From assembly GCA_044892525.1 (NCBI GenBank), contig CM097887.1:112694397-112758396 (forward strand): DNA of 64,000 bases, in the 5' to 3' direction. Below the pieces are notes generated by a model that was not told where the DNA came from, ran no database searches, and saw nothing but the letters and a program-made list of their open reading frames with translations. Shown here in pieces: positions 60,041 to 64,000 of this stretch. Positions within the stretch are counted from its first letter, which is position 1; each line of letters opens with the position of its first letter. This DNA comes from Schmidtea polychroa (lineage: Eukaryota). Position numbers and translations under genes: made by a program.

Positions 60041-61789
60041 TGATTTATTTTTAATTGTGTATAATTATTTTTGTGTATAATAATTATTGTGTATAATTAT
60101 TTTATGTAATATTCGAATAAGTTAAAATATTATCACATAGTTTATTCTCTTTTCTCTTCACTTCATTTATTTAATAATTTACATTAAATGCCCAATAGTT
60201 TATGATCTAATGATGCCATTTTCAAGGAAGAGTGATTTGAGCACAGTTCGAATAGTTCATATGAATGATGAATGCCTCAGAAGTAGTTCCACGAGGATTA
60301 GGATTTGGTAGAGATCAGTGAGCTTGTATTGTGGATAAGGAAGAGCAATTGACTCTCCTGAGGCAGAGATAACGGAAGGAGAACGACGAATAGAGGTTGG
60401 GAGCATGGTGAGTAGCGTGAGGAATTAGTCCTGGTAAGAATTAGATATTCGAGATTTGAATAGAAGGAGGAGCCAAAAACCAGTAGGAACTGTGGCCGAA
60501 GAGTAAGATAGATCGAGAATAGTAGTCATTGGACATGTAGCCATTTAGAGTAGGATTGAATGGGAAGAGGAGATTTCGGTTGTCGAAGGATGGAAAACCG
60601 TAAGTAGGTAGTTAAGAGCACCCTGTAGCAAGGGGGTCCTGGCGGGGGGTCTGGTTTTTTGATTATCTAATTGCTGCAGGGAGTCCTTCTTGTAATACCA
60701 ATTCCTCACGCAGTTGACTTTCTTGTCGTAGATTTTGGTAGATTTTGGAACACCAGATCTCAGCGAGACGACGATAACTTGTATTAAGTGGTTCGCTTTT
60801 TATTTTATCTAGCAAAGCAAAAAGTGTCAAATTATTTCTTGGCATTTTGGCAAGAGTCAAATTTTTGAAAAATAAAATTGACAAAAAATAAGTTCAAGCA
60901 CTGTTAACGCGCGAGGTGTATTGGTGACTGAAAAATAAGCAACAAATGAGACAGTTGTTACGTGCCAGGTGTATTGGTAACTGAATAAGATCGGTGCGGC
61001 TTGGCGCCACGCCAATCAGCTGAGACAACGCATCATATTAAATTCTTTGTACATATTTTTCTTGAGAATGTGTAACATAATGTGCTGTGATCTTAAATTT
61101 ACTGTCCCAATTAAGCGGAACGTGGTCCAATTAAACATATCAATTTATTATTGATTTCTTGGTTTGGTATCGGTTCTTTGAGATTTGTCCCAATTAAGCG
61201 GAATCGTTTTCGGCCATTATACAGCTTGAGGTGGGGAGGTATTTATGAAAAGTGTAAATTTTACTTTTATAAGTTTAATATATTTAATAAATATTAAATA
61301 AGTTTATGTCAAAAATCATTCAAGGAATTAAAATCATTCTTCAGAGATCAGTTAAATTAATAATAAACTACCTTTATAATAAATTCAAATTTTGAATTTT
61401 GCTTCAAATAACCGATTTGAAGGTTCCATTATTTAAAATTGGGATTTCATCATAACTTTGAATAATAATAATAAATTTCATAATTGATTCTAAATGTTAT
61501 CTGAATTGATAAATGGAATATAATTTTAATAAATTGAACAAAATTATCACTTAAATTTATAATAAAATCTAGTAATACTATATATAGTATCCAAATTACG
61601 GTTCGATATTCGACTCTCAATTTATAAATGATAATGATTAAACTTATTTAAACAAGTGATCTTCAATCATTTTAAAATAAAAAGTAAGAACTAAATATTA
61701 ACTTTCTAACTATATTTCTGTCTATATTTTTAAATAAATTTAATTATTTAAATTTTTTAAATTATAATGATGCTATTTTTATTATAGAG

Positions 61790-62277
61790 CAGAGGTGTGC
61801 AGCCAAAAGTGGTCCGAGGGCCACTTTTAGGAAAATTATTTTTATAGGGCCAGAAAAAATTTAAAAATATGAACAGATTAATTATTTTATTCTTTCTGTG
61901 ACTTTGAACTCTCCACAAGAGAATTAATGTCCGGTGAAATCCCGGATATTGCTAATCGCAAGGAACTTTCAAGATGATGATCAGTTATCCTGGATCTCTG
62001 AACTGATTTAACGAATTTCATTCTGGAGAATAGCTGCTCACACTTGTAAGTGCTACCAATCAAAGCCAGTCGCTTTTGAACAAATCTTGATAGATTTGGA
62101 AATTCGCTTGCTGGAAAATGTTTAATAAAAACATGAAAATTTTATAGGAACAATTAAAAGAAGAAGATTCGCGGAGCCTTTTAGCTATCAAAGTATAAAA
62201 CTCAATTTATTCGTATGTTTTTTGATTTCCACGGGCCAGAAAAATTCGCCTCGCGGGCCACCATTTGCACGCCACTG
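61790..62277. mobile_element. Non-autonomous hAT element (MITE)
   Basis: Perfect 8 bp TSD TTATAGAG (61782-89, 62278-85); imperfect TIR CAG(A/T)GG(T/C)GTGCA. Confidence 0.9.
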
Positions 62278-62362
62278 TTATAGAGGGATTTTTTATTGTA
62301 TTACATTTTAATTTAATCCCTATTATATTTAAATTATTAAAACAAATTAATTAACTCAAAAA

Positions 62363-62740
62363 ATGGTGCAAAGAAAAAAGCAGCTTGAACAAGCAACACA
62401 AGAAACTATTATGAGAAAATACAACGCTGGAAAAACTCAAAAAATTTGGTGAAGAGTTGAAATTGAATCAAAAATTACAAAAATAGGAAGAATCTTCGTG
62501 ATTAAAAAGAGCCTCGAAAGTCAAAAAAATTAATTAAATCAAGGAATTGCTAAAATCAGCAATTAGTGAAGATGTTAGCATTCCATCGAGATCTTTAAAA
62601 AATGAATTTAGAGAAAATTTGGGAATTAACGCTTCCATAACATCAATTTCAGAGTATCTTAAGAACAGGAATTATTCTTTAAAAAAGTTGTGTTGATGTT
62701 GAAAGCCAGAAATGCAATCAAATTAATTGAAAGTCGGTTT
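62363..62740 (+). pseudogene. Tc1/IS630 transposase N-terminal remnant
   Basis: ISEDVSI..LK....ENLGINASITSIS.YL.N.NYSLKKL parallels the 6646 transposase (EDVSITLKNIK..LNISASVSSI). Confidence 0.6.
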
Positions 62741-64000
62741 TATTTTTTAAACTATTTTAAAATAAATTATTTTAGAAAGATATTAACTAAGATATAAACC
62801 TTTTATATTATATTTTTAAATAAAATATTCACTGATCATCCATTAAAGACGTCCTCTTCAAAGGAGGAGAGAGTCACCACATAGGGGTATATGGGGATGA
62901 TATAGAAGGAGTTCAAGTGCTTATGACATATTCGGTTGCACCTTCAGTTACAAATTGTACTTATATTAAAATCCGCATATGAAATTTCAGACTATAATTT
63001 AATTTGTCATTGTCAAGAAAATCTCATAATATTTTTGTAATATTGTTGGTTAGAATTTTTTGTAACATCCAACACCCCTGGTATTTGAGAACAATCTTCT
63101 CAGTTCTCAGTTTCTTTAAAAAGTAACTCAAAAAAACTACTTGAGTTTCCCCCACAGCACGATCTAACCTCATCCTTTCACCTGATATTTATTGCTAGGC
63201 GATGTTGATAGTGTGCTAGATGTGTAAGAGTAAGAGTAAGATTTTATATGGAACTAGTAAAGCTCCAATTTACTACGGGTCCATGGATTATTAATAGTAG
63301 GTCTGCGTAAGTTAGGTTCGTTAAAACGAGAGAATGTTATCTCGGGCGTTCAGTGACATCAACTATTATATGCGACTTGTCTTGTGTTAGGGAATAAAAT
63401 CTTGTTAGTCAATTAGTTTTGATTTGTTGTGTACATATAGATCTGGGTGGCTGGATCCAAAAATTGAGAGCTTATTTTAATGAATCAGAAATAAATAGCC
63501 TAAAAAATCGCATCAAGATGAATTAAGATTTATGATCATACACCAAATAATACAAAATAATGTACCTAGAACGTGGAGAATAAGTAAAACACGTGTTGGG
63601 TTATTGAGTTGGTGATAAAATCTAATGTGACTCTGACTCCAAGCGTGTCTTTATATAATTCACAAATAACACTTGACAACAGAAATCTTTATTGATAATC
63701 ACAAATAAACTTTCACTTGACACTGACAATAAATTCAATACTCTGCTGGGTGACTATACAGTGCTTATTGCAACACTCGGTGAGGAATAGCACTTTCGTA
63801 TAACACCGGATTAAAAGATCACAAATGACTGATTGGTTTCTAAACTGGGATTTTAAGCTGGTTGTTTTCTATGACTTTCTTTCAAACTTTATCCAAATAA
63901 TCAATAACTTCTTTTCGTTTTATTATTCAACTAATTTTTCTCTTCAACTTTTCTCCAATAATTATTTTCCACAATTATTTCCTTTACAATTATTTTAACA

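Overview
AT-rich eukaryotic (metazoan-type) DNA made almost entirely of nested mobile elements; I found no intact host housekeeping gene. Short GT-AG introns, an (AAT)n tract and a TRAF-like ORF fit an invertebrate, possibly a planarian-like genome (inference only). Main contents: (1) a decayed ~12 kb Ty3/gypsy element (5651-17467) with the unusual order gag - chuvirus-like glycoprotein - pro/pol, followed by an FN3-like/TM ORF and a REXO4/ISG20-like pseudo-exonuclease, with an intact DD34E Tc1 transposon inside gag; (2) a near-intact 4.56 kb Ty3/gypsy element with 112-115 bp AGT...ACT LTRs, a 5 bp TSD and a canonical -1 frameshift signal; (3) a Polinton/Maverick pPolB fragment abutting a 6 kb cassette of intronless ORFs (FN3-like/TM, full-architecture TRAF, coiled-coil proteins), probably the accessory region of a giant retroelement; (4) hAT, Merlin, Tigger/pogo, piggyBac-like and Tc1 remnants; (5) the most notable signal, a dispersed family of units built as A-rich tract + CCAAT/TATA promoter + intron + ~250 aa coiled-coil/Arg-rich/acidic-tail ORF + a ~140 nt structured RNA motif. 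The motif occurs six times with compensatory base changes and the ORF shows purifying selection. I could not assign either to a known family. All protein and RNA assignments are by-eye motif recognition, not database searches.
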